The notes under the pieces were generated by a model. That model was given only the letters and a program-made list of their open reading frames with translations, made no database searches and was not told the DNA's origin. Positions 17,621 through 28,227 of a DNA stretch of 64,000 bases are shown piece by piece (within the stretch, counting starts at the first letter, position 1; each line of letters starts with the position of its first letter). A program made the position numbers and the translations under genes. Source of the DNA: Candidatus Sericytochromatia bacterium (lineage in GTDB: Bacteria > Cyanobacteriota > Sericytochromatia > S15B-MN24 > UBA4093); the NCBI GenBank assembly GCA_036676495.1, contig JAKFCT010000010.1, positions 32,001 to 96,000 of the forward strand. Direction: 5' to 3'.

Positions 17621-17998
17621 ATGCTCAGGACCCTCATGCTGGCAGCTCTCGCGGTCGGATTCACGTCGCTGGCGGCCCCCCCTGCCGCCGCAGCCGTTTG
17701 GCCGGCCGTGGACGCGCAAGTCATCATCCAGCCGCGCATCGTGATCGGGAACCCGCAACCCGTCGTCCGGGAGCGGGTCGTCGTGGAGCGTGAACGGCCG
17801 GTCGTCCGGGAGCGCGTGATCGTCGAGCGCCCCCGGCCCGTCGTCCGGGAGCGGATCGTGATCGTGGAGAAGCATCCGAAGCATAAGCATAAACACAAGC
17901 ATGAAAAGCACTACTACCAGGATCGTCACCCGCACCACCCCGGGTACCCCGGGTACTACGATCGCCCCGTGGAGAAGGTGGTGGTGATCCGGCGCTAA
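17621..17998 (+). CDS. Small exported low-complexity protein with PVVRER repeats and KH tract
   Basis: AAAGGAG RBS, signal peptide, 3x PVVRERV/I, KHKHKHKH. Confidence 0.7.
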   Translation: MLRTLMLAALAVGFTSLAAPPAAAAVWPAVDAQVIIQPRIVIGNPQPVVRERVVVERERPVVRERVIVERPRPVVRERIVIVEKHPKHKHKHKHEKHYYQDRHPHHPGYPGYYDRPVEKVVVIRR

Positions 17999-18009
17999 GC
18001 GCTCCGGAA

Positions 18010-18069
18010 CCCATGGAGAAGGCGGTCCCCGGGGTGACTCAACACCCCGGGGACCGCCTTCTCCATGGG
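18010..18069. terminator. Long inverted repeat between convergent genes
   Basis: CCCATGGAGAAGGCGGTCCCCGGGGTG...CACCCCGGGGACCGCCTTCTCCATGGG. Confidence 0.7.
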
Positions 18070-18074
18070 CTAGG

Positions 18075-19385
18075 CTAGAGGCAGGTACAAAGTTCGGTCT
18101 CGCCGCCGCTCATGTCGTTGGGATGCAGCGCGGTCCAGCTCAAGCGCGCCCGGTAGGAATCGAAGTCCCGGATCGGCCGCCGCGCGAGTCCAGCGGCCAT
18201 GGCGGCCTGGGCGACGGCCGAGGCCACCCAGGTGAGCGCCCGCGGGTCGAACGGTTTGGGGATGATGTAGTCCGGGCCGAAGGCGAGCGGGGTGGCATCG
18301 TAGGCCCGGTAGACCTCGGGCGGGACCTCCTGCTTGGCCAGTTCCGCCAGGGCCCGGACGGCGGCGAGCTTCATCTCGTCGCTGATGGTGCGGGCCCGGA
18401 CGTCGAGGGCTCCTCGGAAGATGTACGGGAAGCAAAGGACGTTGTTGATCTGGTTGGGGAAATCGGAGCGCCCGGTGCCCATGAGGATGTCGGGGCGCAC
18501 CGCCTTGGCGACGTCGTAAGGAATCTCGGGTTCGGGGTTGGCGAGCGCGAAGACGATGGCGCGCGGCGCCAGGGTCCGGATCATCTCCGGACTGACCAGG
18601 CCATGGGTGGAGAGGCCCACGAAGACGTCGGCTCCGACCATCGCCTCGGCGAGGGTGCGATGCGGGGTCTCCACCGCGAACTCGGCGGTGTAGGGGTTCA
18701 TGCGCTCGGTGCGACCTTGGTAGATCACGCCACCGGAGTTCACCATCACGAGGTTCTCCCGGCGCAAGCCGAGCTTGAGGAAGAGCTTCGCGCAGGAGAC
18801 GGCGGCGGCGCCGGAGCCGCTGAAGACGACCTTGGCCTCCGAGATCTCCCGGTCCGTGAGCTCCAGGGCGTTGAGGAGGGCCGCTGCGGTGATGATGGCC
18901 GTCCCGTGCTGGTCGTCATGAAAGACCGGGATGTCGAGTTCGGCCTTGAGGCGCTCCTCGATCATGAAGCATTCCGGGGCCTTGATGTCCTCGAGGTTGA
19001 TCCCTCCGAAGGTGGGGGCGATCGCCTTCACCGTCTGGATGAAGCGTTCGGGGTCCTCCTCGGCGACCTCGATGTCGAAGACGTCGAGATCCGCGAAGCG
19101 CTTGAAGAGAATCCCCTTGCCCTCCATGACGGGCTTACCCGCGAGCGGCCCGATGTTGCCCAAACCGAGCACGGCCGTTCCGTTGGTGATGACTCCGACG
19201 AGGTTCCCCTTCGCCGTATACTCGTAGGCGGTCTCCGGATCGCGCGCGATCTCGAGGCAAGGCTCCGCCACCCCCGGGGAATAAGCCAGCGACAGGTCCT
19301 TCTGGGTGAGGCAAGGCTTGGTGGGCGTCACGGCGATCTTGCCCTTCCGTCCCCGCGAGTGGTAGTTCAATGCGTCCATGTTCAC
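18075..19385 (-). CDS. NAD(P)-dependent malic enzyme (MaeB-like, no PTA domain)
   Basis: [48 protein letters not shown]. Confidence 0.92.
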   Translation of the reverse strand: MNMDALNYHSRGRKGKIAVTPTKPCLTQKDLSLAYSPGVAEPCLEIARDPETAYEYTAKGNLVGVITNGTAVLGLGNIGPLAGKPVMEGKGILFKRFADLDVFDIEVAEEDPERFIQTVKAIAPTFGGINLEDIKAPECFMIEERLKAELDIPVFHDDQHGTAIITAAALLNALELTDREISEAKVVFSGSGAAAVSCAKLFLKLGLRRENLVMVNSGGVIYQGRTERMNPYTAEFAVETPHRTLAEAMVGADVFVGLSTHGLVSPEMIRTLAPRAIVFALANPEPEIPYDVAKAVRPDILMGTGRSDFPNQINNVLCFPYIFRGALDVRARTISDEMKLAAVRALAELAKQEVPPEVYRAYDATPLAFGPDYIIPKPFDPRALTWVASAVAQAAMAAGLARRPIRDFDSYRARLSWTALHPNDMSGGETELCTCL

Positions 19386-19646
19386 GGCGCGTTCCTCCTT
19401 TTCATGCCGGCTATTATAGTCCGATTATTCGTGCATGAAAGCGTGGATTCCCCGATTCTTCGATGTTTTCATGTGAAATCACGGGGGCTCTGCCTCCGTG
19501 CGCATGATTTCCCCGGAGCGAGTCGCGGTTTCTGCGTATTCCCCCGCAGAAACGACGCTGAATCCATCCGTTCTGTGAATATGCAAAGAAATCTCGCGAA
19601 TACGTTCAACCCTTCACCTGAGGCGCCCACCGGCGGATGCTGCTGC

Positions 19647-19693
19647 TTGACAAGGCGGCGCGCGGGATCTAGGCTACATGAGAATCATTCGCA
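19647..19693 (+). promoter_or_regulatory. Sigma70 promoter with Fur-like box
   Basis: TTGACA-17-TAGGCT followed by the 7-1-7 repeat TGAGAAT-C-ATTCGCA. Confidence 0.65.
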
Positions 19694-19735
19694 TTATCCG
19701 GAAGAGCATGCCTCTTCCCTCACCCTGGGGATCGC

Positions 19736-20908
19736 ATGAAGACATCAACCTCGTTTACCTGGCGCACGCTCTTTCTCACGCTGCACCGCTGGCTCGGACT
19801 CGCGAGCGGCGCGATCGTGGCCATCCTCTGCCTGAGCGGGACGCTGCTCGCGCTCCAGGGTCCCGTCGAATCCTGGGTCAACCGCGACGTGCTTCACGTC
19901 TCGCCCCAGGGCCAGAAGATGGCCCTGGAGACCCTGGTGCCTCAGGTCGTCGAAGGAGCGAAGAAGCCCTTCACGGCGCTCGTGCTCATGCCCGGCGAAA
20001 CGGACGCGCTGCAGTTCATGCAGGGCCGCCAGATCACCTACGTGAACCCGTATACGGGCGAGGTGCTGGGGGGATTCAACCCCGTCGTCTCCGGGGCCTT
20101 CTTCTGGGTCTTCCGGCTGCATCGCTGGCTCTTGCTGGAAACGCCGATCGGCAGGCCGATCACGGGCGCTGCGACGGTGATCTTCCTCTTCGTCTTGCTG
20201 AGCGGCCTGCTGATCTGGTGGCCGAAGCGGATGAGCGGCCTTAAACGCGCCCTGACGATGCGCCCCAAGGTCAACTGGAAGGGCCGCAACTACGACCTTC
20301 ACGTGGTCCTCGGGTTCTACTCCCTGATCCCGCTCGCCATCATGGGGGCTTCCGCGCTCTACTGGTCCTACAATCCCGCGTTCAAGCAGGTGGTCTACGC
20401 CGTCCTGGACGGCAGCGCGCCTCCCGTCACGGCGCCGGAGAGCAAGCCTCCAGCGCGGCGGGACGCGCCTCCGGTGACCGCGCTCCCCTATTCGCGCCTC
20501 GTGGCGCAAACTCACGCGGCTTACCCCTACCGGGGCCCGATTCGCCTCACTTTCCCTGCGAAAGCCGACCAGCCGGTCGAAGTGGCCAAGACCCACGCGC
20601 CGACCGCGATCAGCTTGCCATACGTCGATCGCCTGAAGTTGGACGCCCGGACGGGAGCGCTCGTCACGCGCGAGCCGTTCGCCGAGAAGACGCGCGCGGA
20701 GAAGCTGCTCTCGCTCATCAAGCACATCCACCTCGGCACCGTCTACGGGGGCCTGTCGCTGACGCTTTACGTGCTCGCCTGCCTCATCGGCACCAGCCTG
20801 CCGATCACGGGCTTCATCTACTGGCTGATCAAGCGGAACGCGCGGCGGCCGCGCGCTCCCCTGGCTCCCGTGACGGACGTGGCCGCGTCGACCGTCGCAA
20901 GCCCCTAG
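19736..20908 (+). CDS. PepSY-associated TM helix protein (iron-regulated membrane protein type)
   Basis: LHRWLGL, VNPYTGEVLG, LHRWL, SGLLIWWP, DLHVVLG, HLG. Confidence 0.88.
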   Translation: MKTSTSFTWRTLFLTLHRWLGLASGAIVAILCLSGTLLALQGPVESWVNRDVLHVSPQGQKMALETLVPQVVEGAKKPFTALVLMPGETDALQFMQGRQITYVNPYTGEVLGGFNPVVSGAFFWVFRLHRWLLLETPIGRPITGAATVIFLFVLLSGLLIWWPKRMSGLKRALTMRPKVNWKGRNYDLHVVLGFYSLIPLAIMGASALYWSYNPAFKQVVYAVLDGSAPPVTAPESKPPARRDAPPVTALPYSRLVAQTHAAYPYRGPIRLTFPAKADQPVEVAKTHAPTAISLPYVDRLKLDARTGALVTREPFAEKTRAEKLLSLIKHIHLGTVYGGLSLTLYVLACLIGTSLPITGFIYWLIKRNARRPRAPLAPVTDVAASTVASP

Positions 20909-20970
20909 CCTGCACGGCACCAGGCCTCGGAGGGTCCGAGGCCTTTTGCGGGCACTCCGCCGCTCCTGCC

Positions 20971-21255
20971 CTAGTCGAAGTCGAAAAGCTCGCCGAGGAA
21001 GGACTTGGGCTTCTTCTTGTAGCCGTGACTTTCCCGCGGGGAGTCGTACGATTGCCGCGCAGGCCGTGACGGGTACGCCGTTTGCTGCGGATAAGCCGAC
21101 TGGGAAGGCGCCCCCACGGGCGCCGAGCGCTCGATAATCTTGTCGAGCTCCCCGCGATCCAGCCAGACGCCGCGGCACTGCGGGCAGTAATCGATCTCGA
21201 TCCCTTGACGATCGCTCATCATGAGCGCCACCTTACAAATCGGACACGTCATCAT
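20971..21255 (-). CDS. zf-TFIIB-like zinc-finger protein
   Basis: CPICK...[25 protein letters not shown]...SFLGELFD. Confidence 0.88.
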   Translation of the reverse strand: MMTCPICKVALMMSDRQGIEIDYCPQCRGVWLDRGELDKIIERSAPVGAPSQSAYPQQTAYPSRPARQSYDSPRESHGYKKKPKSFLGELFDFD

Positions 21256-21390
21256 CCCCTCCTTTGAGAAACAGCACCATGGTCCCATATCCGGGCCGCG
21301 AGATCCATCCGAGCGGCTGCACCGCCGTTCCGGCTCATCGCCTGGCGATCAGCCGGAACGGCGGTCTTTCCGAGACGGACGTCGAGGGGG

Positions 21391-21447
21391 TTGGCAAATA
21401 TACCCTAGGGGGGTATCATGCTCATACCCCCCTAGGGTATATTTGCC
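21391..21447 (+). promoter_or_regulatory. Tandem CsoR/RcnR/CstR-type operators overlapping a promoter
   Basis: ATACCCTAGGGGGGTAT and ATACCCCCCTAGGGTAT form one 24-bp-arm inverted repeat; TTGGCA-17-TATCAT. Confidence 0.8.
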
Positions 21448-21470
21448 GATTTCACGAAGGAGCCTTTCCC

Positions 21471-21794
21471 ATGTCCCAGCCGATTCCCGTCGACGCGACC
21501 CGCTTCGCCGAGGAGGTCCTCCAGTCCTCCCAACCCGTGCTCGTGGACTTCTGGGCCCCCTGGTGCGGCCCCTGCCGCATGGTGGCCCCGGTCCTCGAGG
21601 AGGTGGCTCGCGCTCACCATGACAAGCTCAAGGTCATCAAGGTCAACACGGACGAGAACCCGGGCATCGCCAGCCAGTACGGCATCATGAGCATCCCGAC
21701 CCTCATGCTCTTCAAGGACGGAGCGGTGGTCGACCGGATGGTCGGCTACATGCCGAAGTCGACCCTGGAGAGCCGGCTCATCCCCCAGCTCTAG
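21471..21794 (+). CDS. trxA: Thioredoxin
   Basis: [14 protein letters not shown]; AAGGAG RBS. Confidence 0.93.
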   Translation: MSQPIPVDATRFAEEVLQSSQPVLVDFWAPWCGPCRMVAPVLEEVARAHHDKLKVIKVNTDENPGIASQYGIMSIPTLMLFKDGAVVDRMVGYMPKSTLESRLIPQL

Positions 21795-21808
21795 AAGGAG
21801 CCTGCACC

Positions 21809-23458
21809 ATGAAACTGGTCATCATCGGCGGGGTCGCCGCCGGAGCGACCGCGGCGGCACGCGCCCGCCGCATCAGCGAAGACGCCGCGATCACGCTCTT
21901 CGAACGCGGCCCGTACGTCTCTTATGCCAACTGCGGCCTCCCGTACTTCCTCTCGGGCGACATCCCCGACCGCGCCGACCTCTTGCTTCAGACGCCCGAG
22001 GGCTTTGACGCACGCTACGGCGTCAAGGTCCGGGTGAACACCGAGATCGTGGCCATCGATCGCCCGCAGAAGCGGGTCCTGTCGCGGGGCCCCGCTGGCG
22101 ACGAGTGGGTGCCTTACGACAAGCTCATCCTGGCTCAGGGAGGCCAGCCCCTCATGCCGCCGATCCCGGGGATGGACCGGCCCAATGTCTTCAAGCTCTG
22201 GACCGTGCCGGACATGGATCGCATCCATGACGTGCTCGCGAGCGGCGCGCCCCAGACCGCGGTCGTGGTCGGCGGCGGCTTCATCGGGCTCGAGATGGCC
22301 GAGGCGTTCCGGAAGCGCGGCCTCGCCACCACCGTCGTCGAGCTGCAAAGCCACGTCATGGCGGTGATGGATCCCGAGTACGGCCGCCGGGTCGCTTCAG
22401 AGCTCGAGGAGAACGGGGTCTCGGTCGTCTCCGGAGCCGGGGTCCAGGCCGTGCATGAGCGGACGGTGGAGCTCAGCGATGGCCGGCAGCTTCCTGCGGA
22501 TCTCGTGCTCTTCTCCGTGGGGGTGCGGCCCGAGTTGCGGCTGGCCAAGGAAGCAGGACTTGAAATCGGCCCCTCGGGCGGCTTGCAGGTCAATGAGCAC
22601 CTGCAGACGTCCGATCCCGACATCTACGCGGCCGGAGACATGGTGGAAGTCACCCAGCGCGTCTCGGGGCGCCGGATCCGGGTGCCGCTCGCCGGTCCCG
22701 CGAATCGTCAGGGGCGGATCGCGGCCTCGAACGCCCTGGGGCAGGCCATGGGCTACTCCGGCGCCCTCGGGACCAGCGTCGTGAAAATCTTCGAGGCGAC
22801 CGCGGCCATGACCGGGCTCAGCGAGAAGGCCGCCCGCGAGGTGGGCTTCTCCGTGGGCGTGGCCATCCTCCACAAGGACCACCATGCCGGCTACTACCCC
22901 GGGGCGGAGGAAATCGCCCTGAAGCTCGTCTACGATCGTCCGAGTGCCCGGTTACTGGGAGCGCAAGCCTTTGGGCGGGCGGGGGTGGAGAAGCGCATCG
23001 ACGTGCTGGCGACCGCGCTGCACGGCCAGTTCACGCTCGACGATCTCGCCGAGCTGGACCTCGCGTACGCTCCGCCCTATTCCTCGGCCAACGATCCCGT
23101 CAACCTGGCGGCGTTCATCGGGCTCAACGATTGCTCGGGCTTCAGCCCGCTCGTCACTCCCGCCGCGCTCAAGGCCGAGCTCGCGTCGGGCGAGGCCCTC
23201 GTGCTCGACGTCCGGAAGGACTCCGAGTACGCGCGTTCGCACCTGAAAGGCGCCCGTCACATCCCGGTGGACGACCTGCGCGCGCGCCTCGACGAGTTGC
23301 CACGGGACCGGCGCATCTTCGTTCATTGCCGCTCGGGATTCCGGGCGCACCTGGCGGTACGCCTCTTGAAGGAGCGGGGCTTCGAGCAGGTCTTCAACGT
23401 CACCGGGGGGTATGTCAGCATCCTGGATGAGGGAGGATTCGAGGTGGAGGCCGCATGA
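21809..23458 (+). CDS. CoA-disulfide reductase with C-terminal rhodanese domain (CoA-persulfide reductase type)
   Basis: GGVAAG, SYANCGLPY, GGGFIGLE, YAPPYS, rhodanese CRSGFR. Confidence 0.9.
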   Translation: MKLVIIGGVAAGATAAARARRISEDAAITLFERGPYVSYANCGLPYFLSGDIPDRADLLLQTPEGFDARYGVKVRVNTEIVAIDRPQKRVLSRGPAGDEWVPYDKLILAQGGQPLMPPIPGMDRPNVFKLWTVPDMDRIHDVLASGAPQTAVVVGGGFIGLEMAEAFRKRGLATTVVELQSHVMAVMDPEYGRRVASELEENGVSVVSGAGVQAVHERTVELSDGRQLPADLVLFSVGVRPELRLAKEAGLEIGPSGGLQVNEHLQTSDPDIYAAGDMVEVTQRVSGRRIRVPLAGPANRQGRIAASNALGQAMGYSGALGTSVVKIFEATAAMTGLSEKAAREVGFSVGVAILHKDHHAGYYPGAEEIALKLVYDRPSARLLGAQAFGRAGVEKRIDVLATALHGQFTLDDLAELDLAYAPPYSSANDPVNLAAFIGLNDCSGFSPLVTPAALKAELASGEALVLDVRKDSEYARSHLKGARHIPVDDLRARLDELPRDRRIFVHCRSGFRAHLAVRLLKERGFEQVFNVTGGYVSILDEGGFEVEAA

Positions 23459-23802
23459 GTATCTGGACCCTTGCCGTACTGGCCCTGGCGGGCTTCTTCG
23501 TGCTCTCGCGCCTCAGCGGGGGGAAGCGCTCGTCCCCCGAGGCCCTGAAAGCGCGGATTGACGCCGGAGCGCAGATCCTGGACGTGCGCTCCCCGGGGGA
23601 ATTTCACTCGGGCGCGTACCCCGGGGCCCGCAACGTCCCGGTGCAGGATCTGGCGCGTCGGCTCGATGAGCTCGATCCGCGACGGCCGATCGTGGTCTAC
23701 TGCGCCTCCGGAGCCCGCAGCGCGGCGGCCGTCGGCCTGCTGAAAAAAGCGGGCTTCGCGGACGTCGTCAACGCCGGAGGCTTGCGGAACATGCCGCGCT
23801 GA
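23455..23802 (+). CDS. Membrane-anchored rhodanese
   Basis: N-terminal TM, LDVRSPGEF, YCASGARS. Confidence 0.88.
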   Translation: MSIWTLAVLALAGFFVLSRLSGGKRSSPEALKARIDAGAQILDVRSPGEFHSGAYPGARNVPVQDLARRLDELDPRRPIVVYCASGARSAAAVGLLKKAGFADVVNAGGLRNMPR

Positions 23803-24066
23803 CGACCGCAGCCAGGCTCCTTGGAGGCTCGGCGGCGCCGCCGACCCCAAGGCGGGAGGCGAGGTGAAAAGGTCCCAGCGTCGTTTCCGCCGCGTGGTCA
23901 TCCTCATCCCTGCGGGTCTCAGGTTGCTCCGGGTGACCCGCGCCTCCCGGGGCATGGCCATGGGCGCTATGCGTGTCTGATTGCAGAGGTCACGAGGGAT
24001 CGCTCGAGTCACGATCAGGCGGCGTAGGCTGTGATGGCCAAGGGAACGTCACAACGGAGGAACCGC

Positions 24067-24453
24067 ATGTCGAACCAAACGGAAGCCGTGGATCGCTTTC
24101 TGGGGGCGTTGGAGCATGACTTGAAGGAGGAGATCGCGGCGCTGCGTGCGGAGATCTTGGCCTCCAACCCGGAGATCACCGAGCGCATCAAGTGGAACGC
24201 CCCGAGCTTCTGCGATCGGGGCGAGGATCGGGTGACGTTCAAGTTGAACCGGAAGGATCGCGTCCAGCTCGTCTTCCATCGGGGCGCCAAGGTCAAGGAC
24301 AGCCAGGACTTCGTTTTCGAGGATCCTAGCGGCCTCCTGGTATGGGCAGCCGCCGACCGAGCCGTGGTCACGCTTCAGGAAGCCGCGGAGATGACGGCCA
24401 AGCGCGAGGCGCTCGTCGCCGTGGTGAATCACTGGATGGAACGAACCCGCTGA
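24067..24453 (+). CDS. DUF1801 (YdhG-like) protein
   Basis: ERIKWNAPSF, LVFHRGAK, DPSGLL. Confidence 0.8.
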   Translation: MSNQTEAVDRFLGALEHDLKEEIAALRAEILASNPEITERIKWNAPSFCDRGEDRVTFKLNRKDRVQLVFHRGAKVKDSQDFVFEDPSGLLVWAAADRAVVTLQEAAEMTAKREALVAVVNHWMERTR

Positions 24454-24507
24454 GAGCAGCCTGGGGCGGATCTCAGCGGGAGAGCGAAGCCTGCGAGAGC
24501 CGGTCGG

Positions 24508-25914
24508 CTAGGGGCGATCGTCCCCCGCCGCATCACGCGGGACCACGCGTTCCGCCCCCAACGCAGCAAGCTCGGGAGCAGCCGCCGGGATGGCCGCATC
24601 GAGGGCAATCTCGGGCGCCCGGCGCCGGATCGTGATCGCGTAACAGACCGAGGCCACCCCCAGGGTCAGGGTCACCCAGAGGATGGTCAGCGGGTTGGCG
24701 ATGAGGCTTCCGACCACGCTCCAGCCCACGCCCAGCAGGTAGACGGCAAGGGCGGCCAGCCGCCATCCCGTGATGCCCCCACCCTTGATCTTGAGGATCG
24801 CGCTCGCGCTCAAGGCCCCGAAGATGGCCAGGGTGACGCCCACGCCATTGAGCATGGCCTCGAACGTGTTCGAGAGCAGCATGAGGACGGCCACGCCCAC
24901 GAGCAGGCCGACGGGCCCCACGCCCCCCATACGGCCCGTGGTCCATTTCGCCCAGGAAGGAAGAAAGCGATCGCGGGCCATGGCGTCGCAGATCCAGGGG
25001 CCACTCATGGTCATGGCGATGATGCTCGAGACCAGGATCAGGAAGATCATCGCGGAGGCCAGGCGTCCGCCGATCTCTCCGAGCAAGCGCACCGCCACCA
25101 GGTGACCGAGGGTGATGGACCCGCCCTCGGACTGGGTCGCCAGTTGCAGCTCTTGGGGCGAGAGGGTCGTGACGAAGACGAAATTCAAAAGCAGGTACAT
25201 GAGCGTCACCGCTCCCACGCCCAGCAGCATGGCCCGGGGAACGTTGCGGACGGGATTCTCCACCTGCGAGGCGAGGTAAACCGCGGCACTCCAGCCGGCG
25301 AAGGCGAAACCGACGTAGATCTGGGCGGTGGCGAACGGCAGGCTCATGATGGCGTTCAGGGTCTGCGAGGTCGGCAAGGCGCGCATCGGCTCGCTGATCC
25401 CCGAGAAGAAGGCTCCGCCCAGGAAGACCAAGATGATGCCGAGCTTGAGCACGAACCCGATGTTCTGGACGATCTCTCCCCACTTCAGTCCCGCGGCCTG
25501 CACGGCCCCGAGCCCGAGCAGCACGAAAAGCGCGACGGGCATGGCGATGGACCGCCCCGTCAGCACCTCGGCGTACGCGCCGGCCGCGAGAGCGGCCATG
25601 GCCATGGGCCCCGCGAAGGCGAAGATGAGGGAGACCCAGCCCGCCACGTAACCGGCCAAGGGATGGAAGAGATCATGCAGGTAGCGGTACTCGCCGCCGT
25701 TCAGGGGGATGCGTTGCGCCACCGCGGAATAGCACAGCGCCCCCGCCGCGGCCAAGAGACCTCCGAGCAGCCAGCTCAGGAGGATGGCCGCCGGATCGAG
25801 GTCACTGGCCAGGAACCCGCTGGTGACGAAGACCCCGCTGCCGATCATCGAGGAGATGACCAGTCCCGTGGCACTGAAGAGTCCGAGAGGCTTGGCGAGA
25901 CGGGCTGTGGACAT
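24508..25914 (-). CDS. APC-family amino acid permease (copy 1)
   Basis: MIGSGVF, GGEYRYL, FAFAGW, NPVRNVPRA. Confidence 0.9.
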   Translation of the reverse strand: MSTARLAKPLGLFSATGLVISSMIGSGVFVTSGFLASDLDPAAILLSWLLGGLLAAAGALCYSAVAQRIPLNGGEYRYLHDLFHPLAGYVAGWVSLIFAFAGPMAMAALAAGAYAEVLTGRSIAMPVALFVLLGLGAVQAAGLKWGEIVQNIGFVLKLGIILVFLGGAFFSGISEPMRALPTSQTLNAIMSLPFATAQIYVGFAFAGWSAAVYLASQVENPVRNVPRAMLLGVGAVTLMYLLLNFVFVTTLSPQELQLATQSEGGSITLGHLVAVRLLGEIGGRLASAMIFLILVSSIIAMTMSGPWICDAMARDRFLPSWAKWTTGRMGGVGPVGLLVGVAVLMLLSNTFEAMLNGVGVTLAIFGALSASAILKIKGGGITGWRLAALAVYLLGVGWSVVGSLIANPLTILWVTLTLGVASVCYAITIRRRAPEIALDAAIPAAAPELAALGAERVVPRDAAGDDRP

Positions 25915-26064
25915 TCAGTCCCCTTTCAAAACAACGACAAAACCCTTGGTTACTCCATCCTAATGCAGAAAACCACGCTTGGGAGTCACTTCGCGCAGAA
26001 ATTCATCCCTAGAACAGGATTCCGCGCCGGCAAGACGTGCTCGACACGGCGATGAGCGGCGGGA

Positions 26065-27129
26065 TCAGAGGAGATGCGCCGGATCGGGCAAGGATCGGCG
26101 AAAGGTTACCTTCTTGTGCCAGCGCAGCAGCTTCTGTTCGCCGACCGCAATCTGTTGCGGCTTGAGCGTCGCGTTGAGCGCCTTGAGGGCCGTCTGGGCC
26201 TCCACATGGTTCTGAGCGGCGGCAAGCCCGAACCAGAAGTAGGCCGTGGACGGGTCCCGCTCGACATGGTTTCCGAAGTTGTAGGCCGTGCCGAGCGCGT
26301 ACTGAGCCTCCGCATGCCCTTCTTCTCCCGCCTTCTGGTACCAACTCAACGCTTCTTTGCCGTCGAGGGGAACCCCGAACCCCATGGCGTGCATGTAACC
26401 GATGAGGAACATGGCGTCCGGATGATGATGTCGAGCGGCCTTGAGGAAGAGGGCATGAGCCATTGCGTAGTCCAAGGGGACACTCTGGGCATTGGCATAG
26501 AGTAAGGCCAGTTGGTAGTGCGCCTCCGCCAGATCTTGATCGCTTGCCTTCCGGTAGTACTCCCTCGCCGCGGCGAGGTCTTGCGGAACCCCCTCCCCGC
26601 GGTGATACAGAAGGCCCAGATTCAGTTCCCCGTAGGCATGCCCCGCCTCTGCGGCCAATCGGTACCAACGGGCAGCTTGCGAAAAGTCCTTGTCGAGCCC
26701 CTCGCCGTTTTCGTACATCCAGCCCAGGTAGACCTGGGCTGGCGGGAAGTTTTGCTGAGCAGCCAAGCGGAACCACGCTGCGGCGGCCGCTTCGTTCCGC
26801 TCCATGCCTTCGCCATCGTAGTAGACGACGCCCACATTGAACTGAGCCTCCGCGTTTCCTTGCTCCGCAGCCCGCTCCATCAAATCGAAGGCTTGAAGGA
26901 AGTCCGAATGCGACGAGAACTGAGCCGAGCCGAGGCTGAACGTGGCGACGTCCTCAGCGGGCTCACCGGCCAGCGTTCGATTTTCACTGCCGGGGGCAAG
27001 GAGCAAGTTGCCTAGCGGTTTTACCCACGCGCCTCCATGTCCGAGACCCAGCCAGACCGAAGCGGCGACTCCGAGCAGGGCAGTGCCCCCTATGAGCAAC
27101 CAAGCGCGAGGTTGAATCACCTGGACCAT
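26065..27129 (-). CDS. Sel1-like repeat protein with N-terminal TM
   Basis: Repeated AAEQG.AEAQ..LG..Y..G.G units; start codon uncertain. Confidence 0.85.
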   Translation of the reverse strand: MVQVIQPRAWLLIGGTALLGVAASVWLGLGHGGAWVKPLGNLLLAPGSENRTLAGEPAEDVATFSLGSAQFSSHSDFLQAFDLMERAAEQGNAEAQFNVGVVYYDGEGMERNEAAAAAWFRLAAQQNFPPAQVYLGWMYENGEGLDKDFSQAARWYRLAAEAGHAYGELNLGLLYHRGEGVPQDLAAAREYYRKASDQDLAEAHYQLALLYANAQSVPLDYAMAHALFLKAARHHHPDAMFLIGYMHAMGFGVPLDGKEALSWYQKAGEEGHAEAQYALGTAYNFGNHVERDPSTAYFWFGLAAAQNHVEAQTALKALNATLKPQQIAVGEQKLLRWHKKVTFRRSLPDPAHLL

Positions 27130-27312
27130 TCCTTGACGATTGAGGGCTCGAGCGGAAGGGAGGCCTGCACGCATCCTGGCTCGCCCGGCGTTGAATCCCG
27201 TCCGCTCCGGCTGAGCAAGCAACCCTTGGAATGATAACACGCATCCGCTGACTTTCCAGCTCAAAAACCTGGGCCCTACCGCGCGCAGGAGCCGGTTTTC
27301 AGGGCTCGGGGC

Positions 27313-28227
27313 TCACGCCATTTGAGGCGTCATGGCGACGAAGCCCTGCAGCAGGGCTGCCACCTGCTCCGGGTGCTCCCACATGGGGAAGTGCCCGCAG
27401 GGATCCAGGGCCACGAGTCGCGCGTCCGGATGATGCTCGGCCGCCGCGTGGAAGAGGTCGATCGGGAAGAGGGGATCCTGCGCGCCGGCCACCATCATGA
27501 TCGGGAAGGTCGCGTCCTTGAGGCGCTCGCGGTAGAGCGCGCTCGCGCCCGGCGTGAAATAGGCCTGGTTGGAGCGCATGGTGCTCAGGAAGGCCTGACG
27601 ATGATACGCGTCGGCGATCACCTCGCAGCCCTGGCGCAGGACCTCCTTGAGGCGATCGCCCCCCACCTGCGGGAGGTCATGGAAGAGCGTCTCGTAATAG
27701 CGGCGAATCCCCCAGGGGTGCTCGACGCCGAGCAGCGGCGTGGCCATCAGCATGGCTTCCCCGAGCACCGGACGCAAGAAGGGTTGGAACAGCTCGGGAA
27801 TCGGGACGTTCACCCAGACGGGCGGGACGCCGACGGTGGCGAGGCCCGCCACGCGGTGCGGGTTCATCAGGGCATACGAGCTGCCGATGAGACCGCCCAT
27901 CGAATGGGCGACGATCGTGACCCGATCGAGGCCGAGGGCGGCCAAAAAGCTGTCCAGGAAGCGGTGATAGAACGCGAGGGTGTAGGCCGTGAGCGGCCGA
28001 TCGGACTCGCCCCAGCCCGGGAAATCAGGCGCGAGGGTGCGTGCGTGGGCCGACAAGGCGACCTGGGTATCCCACCAGAACACGTTGCCGGCGGAGACCG
28101 CCCCGTGCAACAGCAGCACCGGAGGGCCGTCGCCCGCCTCGGTATACGTGATCCGGACCCCGTCGAGGACCACCTCGCGCTGGCACAAACCCTGACAACG
28201 AGATGATTCGCCGCCCTCAAAACGCAT
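27313..28227 (-). CDS. Alpha/beta hydrolase
   Basis: LLLHG, DFPGWGES, AHSMGG, GHFPMWE. Confidence 0.9.
   Translation of the reverse strand: MRFEGGESSRCQGLCQREVVLDGVRITYTEAGDGPPVLLLHGAVSAGNVFWWDTQVALSAHARTLAPDFPGWGESDRPLTAYTLAFYHRFLDSFLAALGLDRVTIVAHSMGGLIGSSYALMNPHRVAGLATVGVPPVWVNVPIPELFQPFLRPVLGEAMLMATPLLGVEHPWGIRRYYETLFHDLPQVGGDRLKEVLRQGCEVIADAYHRQAFLSTMRSNQAYFTPGASALYRERLKDATFPIMMVAGAQDPLFPIDLFHAAAEHHPDARLVALDPCGHFPMWEHPEQVAALLQGFVAMTPQMA

Noticed and set aside
11984-18069. Long hairpins at 11984 and 18010 as a REP/MITE family
   Set aside because: They share no clear sequence identity and sit at gene 3' ends, so they are treated as terminators
19425-19610. Several TGAA/TTCA partial palindromes upstream of the malic enzyme (Rex-like?)
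   Set aside because: None matches TTGTGAA-N4-TTCACAA well enough to call
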